Shown here: positions 1 to 8,610 of the stretch, one piece after another
Layout: each line of letters begins with the position of its first letter
Numbering within the stretch: the stretch's first letter is position 1
Origin: Longicatena sp.
GTDB taxonomy: Bacteria > Bacillota_I > Bacilli_A > Erysipelotrichales > Erysipelotrichaceae
DNA length: 55,755 nucleotides
Assembly: GCA_029258245.1 (NCBI GenBank)
Contig: JARHZK010000191.1
Span: 1-55,755 of the forward strand
Reading direction: 5' to 3'
Position numbers and translations under genes: made by a program
The notes under the pieces: generated by a model
Seen by the model: only the letters and a program-made list of their open reading frames with translations
Told to the model about the DNA's origin: nothing
Database searches by the model: none

Positions 1-143
1 TAGATCCTACAAAAGTTACAAGAAGTGCATTATTGAATGCAGCTAGTATTTCTGCATTGTTTATTACAACTGAAGCAGGAGTTGCGACAATTAAAGAAAA
101 TGAAGCTCCAATGCCTCCAATGCCACAAGCAGGAATGTATTAA
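1..143 (+). CDS. groEL: Chaperonin GroEL, C-terminal fragment (5' part lies outside the window)
   Basis: Frame 3 reads [46 protein letters not shown] then TAA at 141-143. This is the conserved Gro[12 protein letters not shown] motif plus a Met/Pro/Gly-rich tail. It is absent from the ORF track because no start lies in the window. Confidence 0.85.
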   Translation, partial: DPTKVTRSALLNAASISALFITTEAGVATIKENEAPMPPMPQAGMY

Positions 144-164
144 AATATAAAGATTTAATAAAAA

Positions 165-192
165 AAATCAGTCTTATAGGCTGATTTTTTTT
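165..192 (+). terminator. Intrinsic terminator after groEL
   Basis: Stem AAATCAG/CTGATTT with a 9-nt loop, followed by a T-run. Confidence 0.7.
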
Positions 193-272
193 ATTGGATT
201 TTAGGAGTATAAAAGATATTAAATGCAAGATGTGTTAAAATATTTAATGACAAATGAATTGGAGAATAGAAT

Positions 273-1184
273 ATGAAAAAATTATTAATGCTAGTGATGG
301 TAACAGTAATGTTTACTGGATGTGGTTCAAAAGAATTAAAAGTAGAAACACCTAAAACAGTAAATACTGAATATGGTGAAGAATTAAACAAGGATAAATT
401 ATTTGATGTAAAAAAATCAGATGAAAAAACAAAAGTAAAAAAAGTAGAACAATTTGATAAACATAAAGTAGGAGAACAAACTATCAAAGTAACTTTTACA
501 GATGGTAAGATAGAAACAAAAAAAGAAATGAAAGTAACTGTAAAAGATACAAAAAATCCTACTATCGAATTGGATAAAAAAGAAATTAAAATCGAAGTAG
601 GAGATAAGTTAGATATTAAGAAAAACATTAAAAAGGTATCTGATCCAGTGGATGGAGAGTTGAAATACAGTGATAAGGAAATCAAAGAAAACGGATATAT
701 GATTGATGACGGAAAACTTGATTTAGATAAAGCAGGAACATATGAAGTTAAAGTCATAGCTTATGATAAAAACAAAAATAGGACAGAAAGTGTATTTAAA
801 ATTATTGTAGAAAAGAAAAAAGAAACACCAGAACAGGAAAGCTCAGAAGCAAGTGAGCCAAGCAACCAGCAAGTATCACAAAATATGAATGCAGGACAAA
901 ACAGTTATCAAGAACCAAGTAAACCAGCACCAAAACCATCTGCACCATCAAAGCCACAAGAAAAACCTAATACGTGTCGTGTTGGAGTATTACCAGCAGG
1001 AGCAGAAATAGGAAATAGTGGAATGGTATTTATGACTATGGAAGAAGCAAATGTATGGGGTAATGCAGAAATATTAAATGAAAACAGCAAATGGGCAATG
1101 GAAAATGGCTGGTGGGGATTTAGTGTTATACAATGTGCTGATGAATGTGGTGAGCCTATATTTACTGTAGATTTCTATAAATAA
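273..1184 (+). CDS. Lipoprotein with a bacterial Ig-like domain and a Pro/Ser-rich linker
   Basis: Signal peptide plus lipobox (MVTVMFTGCGS). There is a beta-rich repeat region (KNPTIELDKKEIKIEVGDKLD...GTYEVKVIAYDKNKN), a PSKPAPKPSAPSKPQEKP linker and a Cys/Trp-containing C-terminal domain of unknown function. Confidence 0.6.
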   Translation: MKKLLMLVMVTVMFTGCGSKELKVETPKTVNTEYGEELNKDKLFDVKKSDEKTKVKKVEQFDKHKVGEQTIKVTFTDGKIETKKEMKVTVKDTKNPTIELDKKEIKIEVGDKLDIKKNIKKVSDPVDGELKYSDKEIKENGYMIDDGKLDLDKAGTYEVKVIAYDKNKNRTESVFKIIVEKKKETPEQESSEASEPSNQQVSQNMNAGQNSYQEPSKPAPKPSAPSKPQEKPNTCRVGVLPAGAEIGNSGMVFMTMEEANVWGNAEILNENSKWAMENGWWGFSVIQCADECGEPIFTVDFYK

Positions 1185-1238
1185 TATCTATTATTATTTT
1201 AATAAAATATATGAATTTTAAACTATGATTTGAAATGC

Positions 1239-1269
1239 AAAAAAAACCGTTCTAAAGACGGTTTTTTTG
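1239..1269 (+). terminator. Intrinsic terminator
   Basis: AACCGT-TCTAAAG-ACGGTT hairpin flanked by an A-run and a T7 run. Confidence 0.75.
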
Positions 1270-1570
1270 CATGGATTATGAATTAAATAGTGAAGATATG
1301 TATGAAATAGAAATAAAAAATTTTGGCATTGTGATTAATGATAGAAAAATCACAATACTAAAATCATTAGAAAGTCATAAAAAATATAAATAAGGCATAT
1401 GAATAAATGTAAAATATTGAAAATAAGTATTTATGCAGGAAAAATAAGTATAAATTATAAAAAACTGGTAACTATAAGAGTGAATACTATGTTATAAATT
1501 TACTAAATTGGACAAGTGAATTAAATTATGTTAGACTAAAACATGTTTTAAGCGAAAAGGAGGAACATTG

Positions 1571-2347
1571 ATGAAATCAAAACGAATGAAATTCGCTTTA
1601 TTCATATGTGTTTTCATTTTATATGGATGTGCTGGAGGTAGTAAATCAATATCACTTGATATATCCCAGAATATAAACAATAAACAAGTAATTGAAACGT
1701 TGACAGGAAATCATAACTTTACGAATACGAATATTCAAAAGATAGCGTTTATGGCAAACGATCGAGGAGTTTCTAAGTATATCAACTCTTTGTATCAAGT
1801 TCGTAATACGAGTGGAAAGTTAAAAAGTCAAGAAGCAATAAAAAATTATAGTGAAGTAATAAGTAATAAATTACGGCAGCAACAAAAAGAAAAAGAAAGA
1901 AGAATTCAAGAAAAAAAAGCAAGAACATTTATTCCATATACGACAACTTATGGGGTAGATTGTTATGGATGTGAACAACAAAATGGTAGAGGACAAACAG
2001 CAATTGGTGTTACTTTGGATGCAAATCTTGGTGTTCTAATGCCAAATGGAAATTGGCAATCTGGTATAAAATATGGTCCATATTACATCATTGCGGCAGA
2101 TCCAAGCATACCATTATGTTCTATTATTAAATTTACAAATCATGGATTAAGTGGGAATGGATTACAACCGGATGAAGAATTTTATGGGATTGTTTTGGAT
2201 CGTGGTGGTGCAATTCGTGGAACACATCTTGATTTGTATATTGGGCTTGAAAGCTCATCTGTGATTCATAAAGTTCAAAATACCACACCACAGGCAGAAA
2301 TTATTCGAATCGGTGGACAAAGTGGAGCTCATAGTTGTTCCATATAA
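1571..2347 (+). CDS. 3D-domain (RlpA/MltA-like double-psi beta-barrel) cell-wall lipoprotein, YocH/YabE-like
   Basis: RBS AAAGGAGGA lies 8 nt upstream of the ATG at 1571. Lipobox FILYGCAGG. The C-terminal region YYIIAADPSIPLCSIIKF...GIVLDRGGAIRGTHLDLYIG is typical of 3D domains. Confidence 0.65.
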   Translation: MKSKRMKFALFICVFILYGCAGGSKSISLDISQNINNKQVIETLTGNHNFTNTNIQKIAFMANDRGVSKYINSLYQVRNTSGKLKSQEAIKNYSEVISNKLRQQQKEKERRIQEKKARTFIPYTTTYGVDCYGCEQQNGRGQTAIGVTLDANLGVLMPNGNWQSGIKYGPYYIIAADPSIPLCSIIKFTNHGLSGNGLQPDEEFYGIVLDRGGAIRGTHLDLYIGLESSSVIHKVQNTTPQAEIIRIGGQSGAHSCSI

Positions 2348-2351
2348 TATA

Positions 2352-2384
2352 AAGAAAAGCGCACAAAGGTGCGTTTTCTTTATA
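2352..2384 (+). terminator. Intrinsic terminator
   Basis: AGAAAAGCGCAC-AAAG-GTGCGTTTTCT hairpin followed by T-rich sequence. Confidence 0.8.
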
Positions 2385-2462
2385 TATATTTTATAATTTG
2401 ATGAAAGACATACATAGCTTCATGATTTGATTTGTGGTAAACTATACAAGTAGGTGGTAGAA

Positions 2463-3002
2463 ATGAAAATAAAAGAAATTATTGTAGTAGAAGGTAAAAA
2501 TGATACGAATGTACTCCAAAGTTATTTTGAATGTGATACAATTGAAACTCATGGAACATGTTTGTCAAATGCCACATTAAAGCAAATAGAAATGGCAAAA
2601 AAAACAAGAGGAGTTATTGTTTTTACAGATCCAGATTATCCTGGAGAAAAAATACGTACAACAATTAATCAGAAAATACCTGGATGTAAAAATGCATATA
2701 TTGAAAAAAACAAAGCAAAAACAAATAAAAAAGTTGGTGTAGAACATGCTTCAAAAGATGATCTTTTTGATGCTCTACAACATGTTTTTACTTATGAAGA
2801 AAAGCCTAAAGAAACATTATCTTGGCAAGAATATATTGATTTAGGGTTTAGTGGAAAAGATGATTCTAGCATGAAAAGAGAAATGATCGCAAAACACTAT
2901 TATTTAGGAAAACCAAATGCGAAAACATTATATAAAAGATTAAACATGCTTCAATTAACAAAAAATGATTTAGAAGCAATTATAGAAAATAAGAAAGGGT
3001 AA
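2463..3002 (+). CDS. rnmV: Ribonuclease M5 (TOPRIM domain)
   Basis: IIVVEGKNDTNVL and VFTDPDYPGEKIR TOPRIM motifs. It sits in the conserved position directly upstream of rsmA. The ATG at 2463 follows RBS AGGTGG. Confidence 0.85.
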   Translation: MKIKEIIVVEGKNDTNVLQSYFECDTIETHGTCLSNATLKQIEMAKKTRGVIVFTDPDYPGEKIRTTINQKIPGCKNAYIEKNKAKTNKKVGVEHASKDDLFDALQHVFTYEEKPKETLSWQEYIDLGFSGKDDSSMKREMIAKHYYLGKPNAKTLYKRLNMLQLTKNDLEAIIENKKG

Positions 3003-3006
3003 CTAT

Positions 3007-3882
3007 ATGAAAAAACCAATTGCAACCCCATCAAGAACAAAAGAAATATTAGAAAAATATGATTTATTTGCTAAAAAAAATTATGGGCAAAATTTTTTAA
3101 CAGAACCAAGTGTTGTCGAAAAAATTGCACGCAATGCGATTATAAATGATCATTGCGTGGTATTTGAAATTGGTCCAGGAATTGGAGCATTAACACAATA
3201 TCTTTGTGAATATGCAAAAGAAGTTATATGTTTTGAGATTGATAGCCGATTACCAGAAGTATTAAAAGATACTTTAAGTGAATATGATAATGTAACAGTG
3301 ATTCTACAAGATTTTTTGGAAATTAATCTTAAAGAATGGGTAAAAAAGTATCAAGAGAAAGGTATGGATGTAGTTATTGCGGCAAATCTTCCTTACTATA
3401 TCACTACACCAATTTTATTTAAAATATTCGAATCAGAAGCGGATATTAAAGCAATTACAGTTATGATGCAAAAAGAGGTTGCAGATCGTTTTAATGCAAA
3501 AGTAAATACGAAAGAATATAATGCATTAAGTATCGTTACACAATATCGTTGTGATGTACGATCTGTTATGAAAGTACCGAAGAATGTATTTAATCCAAAG
3601 CCTAATGTAGATAGTGCTGTTTTACAATTTACATTTCATGAAAAAATAGATACGATAAATGAACAAGTATTTTTTGAAATGGTAAAAGCTTGTTTTAAAC
3701 AAAGAAGAAAAACAATATTAAATAATTTCTCAGAATATTGTAATGATAAAGAAAGTGCGAAACAATATTTAATGGAAGCAAAGATTGATGAAAAACGTAG
3801 AGCAGAGAGTTTAACTTTAGATGAATTTAAACAATTATATGAGGTGATTAAAAATGCTAATTCAAGCCAATGCAAAAATTAA
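3007..3882 (+). CDS. rsmA: 16S rRNA (adenine1518/1519-N6)-dimethyltransferase
   Basis: KKNYGQNFL start motif, SAM-binding VFEIGPGIGALT, ANLPYYITTPI, and C-terminal RRAESLTLDEF. Confidence 0.9.
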   Translation: MKKPIATPSRTKEILEKYDLFAKKNYGQNFLTEPSVVEKIARNAIINDHCVVFEIGPGIGALTQYLCEYAKEVICFEIDSRLPEVLKDTLSEYDNVTVILQDFLEINLKEWVKKYQEKGMDVVIAANLPYYITTPILFKIFESEADIKAITVMMQKEVADRFNAKVNTKEYNALSIVTQYRCDVRSVMKVPKNVFNPKPNVDSAVLQFTFHEKIDTINEQVFFEMVKACFKQRRKTILNNFSEYCNDKESAKQYLMEAKIDEKRRAESLTLDEFKQLYEVIKNANSSQCKN

Positions 3883-4690
3883 TTTAGCACTTAATGTGAT
3901 TGGAAAAAGAGATGATGGTTATCATGAATTAGATATGATTATGATTCCTTTACAGTTACATGATGATATTGAAATTTCATTAGCAAAAGAAGATAAGTTT
4001 ACTTCAGATGATAAAACAGTTGCGATGGATACTTCGAATACAGTTATAAAGGCAGTAAATTTAATGAGAGATACATTTCAGTTAAAAGATCATTTTCATA
4101 TTCAACTTCATAAGCGCATCCCATCACAAGCAGGACTTGCTGGAGGTAGTGCTGATGGAGCTGCAGTATTAAGAGGAATTTGGAAGTTATGCAATATTGA
4201 TATTTCCATTGAAGAATTAGCGCAATTAGGAAAAAAAATTGGAGCAGATGTACCATTTTGTGTTTTGAGTCAATGCTGTATAGTGCAGGGAATTGGAGAT
4301 CGATTAATTCCATTTTCACTTGGTTGGAAACCGCATGTTTTATTAGTGAAGCCAAATGTTGGTGTTTCTACAAAAGAAGCATATGAAACATTAGATTACA
4401 CAGCATGCGCACATCCTGATGTGGCACATATTAAACAATTGTTAGAAACGAAGCAATTTAGCGAAGTATATCAACATATTGGAAATTCATTAGAAAATAG
4501 TGCCTTTAAATTAGCACCTGAAATTAAAATGATTAAAGAAGAGTTAATAGAAATGGGATTTACATGTGTTTTAATGTCAGGAAGTGGTAGTTGTGTATTT
4601 GCGATAAGTGAAGATGAGCAATTCGTAAAAAAGGCAGTTCGGCATTATCAAAATAGGGATGTATTTGTTTGTAATACAAGTTTTTTATAA
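3854..4690 (+). CDS. ispE: 4-diphosphocytidyl-2-C-methyl-D-erythritol kinase
   Basis: AKINLALNVIGKRDDGYHEL N-terminus and the GHMP kinase motif IPSQAGLAGGSADGAAVL. It overlaps the rsmA 3' end by 29 nt. Confidence 0.9.
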   Translation: MLIQANAKINLALNVIGKRDDGYHELDMIMIPLQLHDDIEISLAKEDKFTSDDKTVAMDTSNTVIKAVNLMRDTFQLKDHFHIQLHKRIPSQAGLAGGSADGAAVLRGIWKLCNIDISIEELAQLGKKIGADVPFCVLSQCCIVQGIGDRLIPFSLGWKPHVLLVKPNVGVSTKEAYETLDYTACAHPDVAHIKQLLETKQFSEVYQHIGNSLENSAFKLAPEIKMIKEELIEMGFTCVLMSGSGSCVFAISEDEQFVKKAVRHYQNRDVFVCNTSFL

Positions 4691-4772
4691 AGCATGTGAT
4701 AGACCACATGTTTTTTTGTACTAAAAATAGGATTGATTTCATAGAATAGTATGGAAAAGGAGGTATTTTAAT

Positions 4773-5072
4773 ATGGAAGAAAATGCAAATCCACTGCGTT
4801 TTGAAACCAATCCTTATCACAATGTGGTGATAAAAGATCGAAAAGTAATGGAACTTACAGGAGTAAAACAAATTGATAGTTTTGACGCAAATGAATTTTT
4901 ATTAGATACAGCACAAGGTTGGATGCTTGTACAAGGAAAAGGATTAAAATTAGGTAAATTAGATACAGAAAGAGGAGATGTTATAATTAAGGGAGTAATA
5001 GAATCTTTATCTTATGTATCAAATAAAAAAGCTGGTGGAAAAGAATCAGTGATAGAAAAATTATTTAAATAA
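4773..5072 (+). CDS. yabP: Sporulation protein YabP
   Basis: About 100 aa. HNVVIKDRKVMELTGVKQIDSFDANEFLLDT...KGLKLGKLDTERGDVIIKG matches the YabP family pattern, and a yabQ-like gene follows. Confidence 0.8.
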   Translation: MEENANPLRFETNPYHNVVIKDRKVMELTGVKQIDSFDANEFLLDTAQGWMLVQGKGLKLGKLDTERGDVIIKGVIESLSYVSNKKAGGKESVIEKLFK

Positions 5073-5503
5073 TGTTATTACCAGTACAAATACAATCGAT
5101 TTTATATTATTTTTTAATGGGATGGGTATATGCATTAAGTTATCGGTGTATGTTGTATTTCATTAAATATATGAAAAGAAAGTTTTGGAAATCACTGATA
5201 GAAATTATTTACCATATTGTATTTACATTATTTTTATTTTATGGAAGTTATTGTATTAATGGGGGAATCAGCAATATATATTTAATTGGTATGTTTTTCG
5301 TAGGTATAGTAATTTATTATAGCTTATACGATGATATATTTTTAAATGTATTTTATTATATAAAAAAATTATGTTATCCTTTTTATAAAAAAATTAAACT
5401 TGTCAAAAAGAAAATCCTTGTTATAATTAGATTACCAAGAAATATAAGGAGGATTTTTCATAATGGCAGAAATAGCAAAAAAGAAAAAACATCCAATTCG
5501 TAA
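5072..5503 (+). CDS. yabQ: Spore cortex biosynthesis membrane protein YabQ-like
   Basis: Small multi-TM protein translationally coupled to yabP (TAATG overlap), in the conserved yabP-yabQ-divIC order. Confidence 0.6.
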   Translation: MLLPVQIQSILYYFLMGWVYALSYRCMLYFIKYMKRKFWKSLIEIIYHIVFTLFLFYGSYCINGGISNIYLIGMFFVGIVIYYSLYDDIFLNVFYYIKKLCYPFYKKIKLVKKKILVIIRLPRNIRRIFHNGRNSKKEKTSNS

Positions 5504-5783
5504 TATTATTAGTATTGCACTTATTTTTGTATCCTGTATATTTATATGGTTATCCGTTGAAGAAGTTATAACAACAGTACGTTTGAAAAAAGAGATTTCA
5601 GATAAAGAAGGTTTAATAGGAACACTAAAAAAAGAGGAAAAAGATTTAAGAAAGAAAAAAGAAAATTTAGAAGATCCAGAATATGTAAAACGTTACGCAA
5701 GAGGAGAATACTTAGTAAGCAAACCTGGAGAACAAATATTTAAGTTACCTGCAAAAGGTAATACGAATGAAGATGATAAATAA
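5463..5783 (+). CDS. divIC: Septum formation initiator (FtsB/DivIC family)
   Basis: RBS AAGGAGG. One N-terminal TM helix followed by a coiled coil and the ...YVKRYARGEYLVSKPGEQIFK motif typical of DivIC/FtsB. Confidence 0.7.
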   Translation: MAEIAKKKKHPIRNIISIALIFVSCIFIWLSVEEVITTVRLKKEISDKEGLIGTLKKEEKDLRKKKENLEDPEYVKRYARGEYLVSKPGEQIFKLPAKGNTNEDDK

Positions 5784-5861
5784 AAAAACTGTAGTAATGA
5801 TATGTAACCTTTTTACAGATTGTTTGGTAAAGAGGGGATACATCATAATTTACAGTTTTTT
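5782..5861. terminator. Long imperfect hairpin, probable bidirectional terminator between divIC and the HNH gene
   Basis: AAAAAACTGTA...ATGATATGTA // TACATCAT...TACAGTTTTTT, with an A-run on one side and a T-run on the other. Confidence 0.55.
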
Positions 5862-6918
5862 ATTTGTCTTTATATATATCACAATCTAAAAAAATATGTT
5901 TTCTATGATATTCTAGAAATTGTAGTCGTTCATCGGTTAAATAAGATTTAGGTAATTGATAATTTTTCTTTAATGTATATACATTTAAATTATCAAATCG
6001 TAACAAAGCTTGACTTAATATAATATATCCTTGATTATCGAATGTAAAATATCCTTGATCAAATAAATAATCATGATTTCTGCATAATAATAATCCATTA
6101 TTATGATCCATTGCTTCAAATATATGGGCACAATCGCGGAAAGGTTTAATATGGGATGCGATTAACATATGCGGTATTTGTATTCCACATAATGGACATA
6201 CATGCCCAAATTCATTAAATAAAGTATCTTTATAAAAAGATTGCAAAGCTTTTGTTTCATCTCGATCATGAGGAATGCCTTTTCTTGGAATAATAGATAA
6301 AATATTTGATAAATATTTATATTTAATCATTGGTAAATGCGTATTTTTATAATCAACACGCATATCTTCATGTCGAACAATTGCAGAAGTATATAATGCT
6401 TCTAAAGTAACGGATACAAGAGGCTTTGGTGAATCCCTATACTCTAAAAGAATTTGGTTCATATGTTTGATTAAGATAGGATGAATTCGATACATATCAT
6501 TCTCTGTTTCAAAAATAGTAGTTTGTGTAAATAAAATGAAAAGATCAGATGATAAAGTTGATTCGATTTGATTTTTAGTGATCCATTCATTATTTTTTAG
6601 TTGTTCTTTAAAAAAAGGAAGACATTTTGGATTAGAAAGGAAAGACTCAAATAAAGCAAGAGCTTCTAATTCTGAATTTTGATTGCATTTTGCATAAATT
6701 GTTGGAGCTGGATTTAAATCTATTCCATAGTTATTTTCATTAATAAAAGACTGTTCTTTAAAAAAATCTAGAATTGAACATACGATTTGATACTGAATTG
6801 AATAATAATCTTTTGTTAAGATTTCATAAATTTGAATTTTAGCATCATGTAATGTAATTCCTTGAAGTTCAATAGAATCTAGGATGTTTAATATTTTTTT
6901 TAATAACATTTTTTTCAT
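5860..6918 (-). CDS. HNH endonuclease (HNH_2-type C-terminal nuclease) with an uncharacterised N-terminal region of about 230 aa
   Basis: C-terminal CPLCG...LIASHIKPF...DHNNGLLLCRNHDYLFDQGYFTFD is the HNH/His-Me finger signature of solitary restriction-like HNH proteins. The N-terminal region has no recognisable motif. Confidence 0.75.
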   Translation of the reverse strand: MKKMLLKKILNILDSIELQGITLHDAKIQIYEILTKDYYSIQYQIVCSILDFFKEQSFINENNYGIDLNPAPTIYAKCNQNSELEALALFESFLSNPKCLPFFKEQLKNNEWITKNQIESTLSSDLFILFTQTTIFETENDMYRIHPILIKHMNQILLEYRDSPKPLVSVTLEALYTSAIVRHEDMRVDYKNTHLPMIKYKYLSNILSIIPRKGIPHDRDETKALQSFYKDTLFNEFGHVCPLCGIQIPHMLIASHIKPFRDCAHIFEAMDHNNGLLLCRNHDYLFDQGYFTFDNQGYIILSQALLRFDNLNVYTLKKNYQLPKSYLTDERLQFLEYHRKHIFLDCDIYKDK

Positions 6919-7104
6919 AGTCTACCAACTTTCTATAATTATAGTATGTAAAAATAGTTCATTTCTTACTTATATTTTAACACTTATTGTTTAAATTAAT
7001 TTTCTTTCTTAAAAAAAATAAAAGAAATGAGAGGTAATACAAAAATCGTGGGATTTCGACAAAACAAAACATTTACAATGTAAGTAATGAAGGAGAGTGT
7101 TAGA

Positions 7105-7791
7105 ATGAAAGGTCCAGGTATTAAAGATTACTTAAATAAAATTGATTGCCTTAAAGAGGAAGCATTACAAGAAGGTAAAGAATTTATAGAGATAAATTCG
7201 AAAGAATTACATGCAGAGGTATCTCCTCAACATGCAACAATGCCAACTTGTTGTCAGGCGATATACAAAAAGATGTTAGAGGGAGATGAAATATTACAAA
7301 GACCTAAAGGAAATACAGGTTTTGGGTCACATTTAACGGTTCGATACCAATTACATGATTTAGAAGCTAGATCTAGAATGTATCCAGATAAAAAAAGAGG
7401 AAGGCCAGCAAAAACAGAAGAAGAAAAGTTAGCAGATAAGAAAAGTAAAATGAAACGTAATACAGAAGATTTATGTAATTTAATTGAAGAATGGTTGCAA
7501 GAACATGGTTGGAATTATGTATTAGAAAAGGATCGTATTGAAGCATGTCATGATGAACAAAAATGGGTAATTAATGTTCAAGGTATTAAACGGGGTAGAA
7601 AACAACCATTGCCTGTTAAAATAGGTGAAATTTTAAAACAGATGAAAGATACTTCTATACATTATAGTATGGCATTTAATGATTCTATTTCTTATCGAAG
7701 ACAATGGAATGAAATTCCAGAAGAAGTAAAAAATAAGTTAAATATGAGTGTTATCTTAGCAGATAAAAGAGGGAATATTGTAGAATTATAA
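7105..7791 (+). CDS. Hypothetical protein: N-terminal Cys-Cys domain, AT-hook-like basic linker, C-terminal domain of unknown function
   Basis: RBS GAAGGAGAG precedes the ATG at 7105. The N-terminal roughly 85 aa are paralogous to ORF 17608-17907. The KKRGRPAK motif resembles an AT-hook. The C-terminal HGWNYVLEKDRIEA...KWVINVQGIKRG loosely resembles a PD-(D/E)xK fold. Confidence 0.5.
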   Translation: MKGPGIKDYLNKIDCLKEEALQEGKEFIEINSKELHAEVSPQHATMPTCCQAIYKKMLEGDEILQRPKGNTGFGSHLTVRYQLHDLEARSRMYPDKKRGRPAKTEEEKLADKKSKMKRNTEDLCNLIEEWLQEHGWNYVLEKDRIEACHDEQKWVINVQGIKRGRKQPLPVKIGEILKQMKDTSIHYSMAFNDSISYRRQWNEIPEEVKNKLNMSVILADKRGNIVEL

Positions 7792-7797
7792 GATAAA

Positions 7798-7831
7798 GGA
7801 TTGATTTCGAATTTTGAGATCAATCTTTTTT
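7798..7831 (+). terminator. Intrinsic terminator
   Basis: GATTGATTTC-GAATTTT-GAGATCAATC hairpin followed by T6. It lies inside the 5' extension of track ORF 7801, which argues for the downstream start at 7882. Confidence 0.75.
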
Positions 7832-7881
7832 GTAACAAAAAGAAAAAAATACAATACGATAATAACGAAGGGAGTATAACA

Positions 7882-8499
7882 ATGATTTCTTCGTTACTAT
7901 TGATAATAGCATTATGTATGGATAGTTTTTTAGTTTCTTTGGCTTATGGAATAAAAAATATTCATATACCAATGCGTTCTATATGGTTAATTACAAGTAT
8001 CGAAACAATTGTATTAGGTATTTCATTTTATGGAGCAATAAAGTTTTGTAATGTAATGAATGATGAAATGTGTAAATATATATCCGCAATTATTTTTTTG
8101 ATTATCGGAATTAGTTCAATTTTTCAAAGTACCATTAAACAATATATAAGACATCATAAAGGAAGTATTAAAATTCACTTTAAAGAAATTTCAATTGTAT
8201 TTGATATTATTATGGATGAAACAAAAGCAGATTTCGATCATTCTAAAGAATTATCAATGAAAGAGGCAAGTTATTTAGCTTTCGCTTTATCATTTGATTC
8301 TTTGGTTAGTGGTTTTGCATATGGGATACAACCAATTACAATTTTTTTAGTTTTATTATTAAATTTAGGAATTGGATTTATTGCAATATGTGCAGGATTT
8401 TATGTAGGACATTATTATAACAAAATAGGAAATTGTAATTTTACATGGTTGAGTGGTGTTTTGTTTTTATTAATAGCAATTATGAGATTTTTAAAATAA
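7882..8499 (+). CDS. YtaF/MntP-family membrane protein (sporulation membrane protein YtaF-like or Mn efflux-like)
   Basis: The ATG at 7882 follows GAAGGGAG. There are two homologous halves, each starting with a DSFxVSxAYG-type motif (MDSFLVSLAYG, FDSLVSGFAYG), and multiple TM helices. Confidence 0.6.
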   Translation: MISSLLLIIALCMDSFLVSLAYGIKNIHIPMRSIWLITSIETIVLGISFYGAIKFCNVMNDEMCKYISAIIFLIIGISSIFQSTIKQYIRHHKGSIKIHFKEISIVFDIIMDETKADFDHSKELSMKEASYLAFALSFDSLVSGFAYGIQPITIFLVLLLNLGIGFIAICAGFYVGHYYNKIGNCNFTWLSGVLFLLIAIMRFLK

Positions 8500-8610
8500 A
8501 AGAGAATAATTCTGTGAAAATAATTGGATAATAAATACTTTGTGAATAAAATAGTTTATAAAAAAAGAAAAAGATGGTATATTTATTAAGGAAGTAGGAG
8601 GTATAACGTT

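Noticed and set aside
191-757. 188-aa minus-strand ORF antisense to the lipoprotein gene. Similar antisense track ORFs occur at 10296-10759, 22810-23103, 27811-28119, 36708-37193, 37753-38190, 39944-40261 and 42129-42482
   Set aside because: All lie opposite well-supported genes, are low-complexity (rich in Ser, Phe, Leu and Ile) and lack RBSs. They are a typical shadow-ORF artefact.
1271-1393. 40-codon ORF (MDYELNSEDMYEIEIKNFG...) after the lipoprotein terminator
   Set aside because: The ATG abuts the terminator T-run with no RBS. An ORF of this size is expected by chance in AT-rich intergenic DNA.
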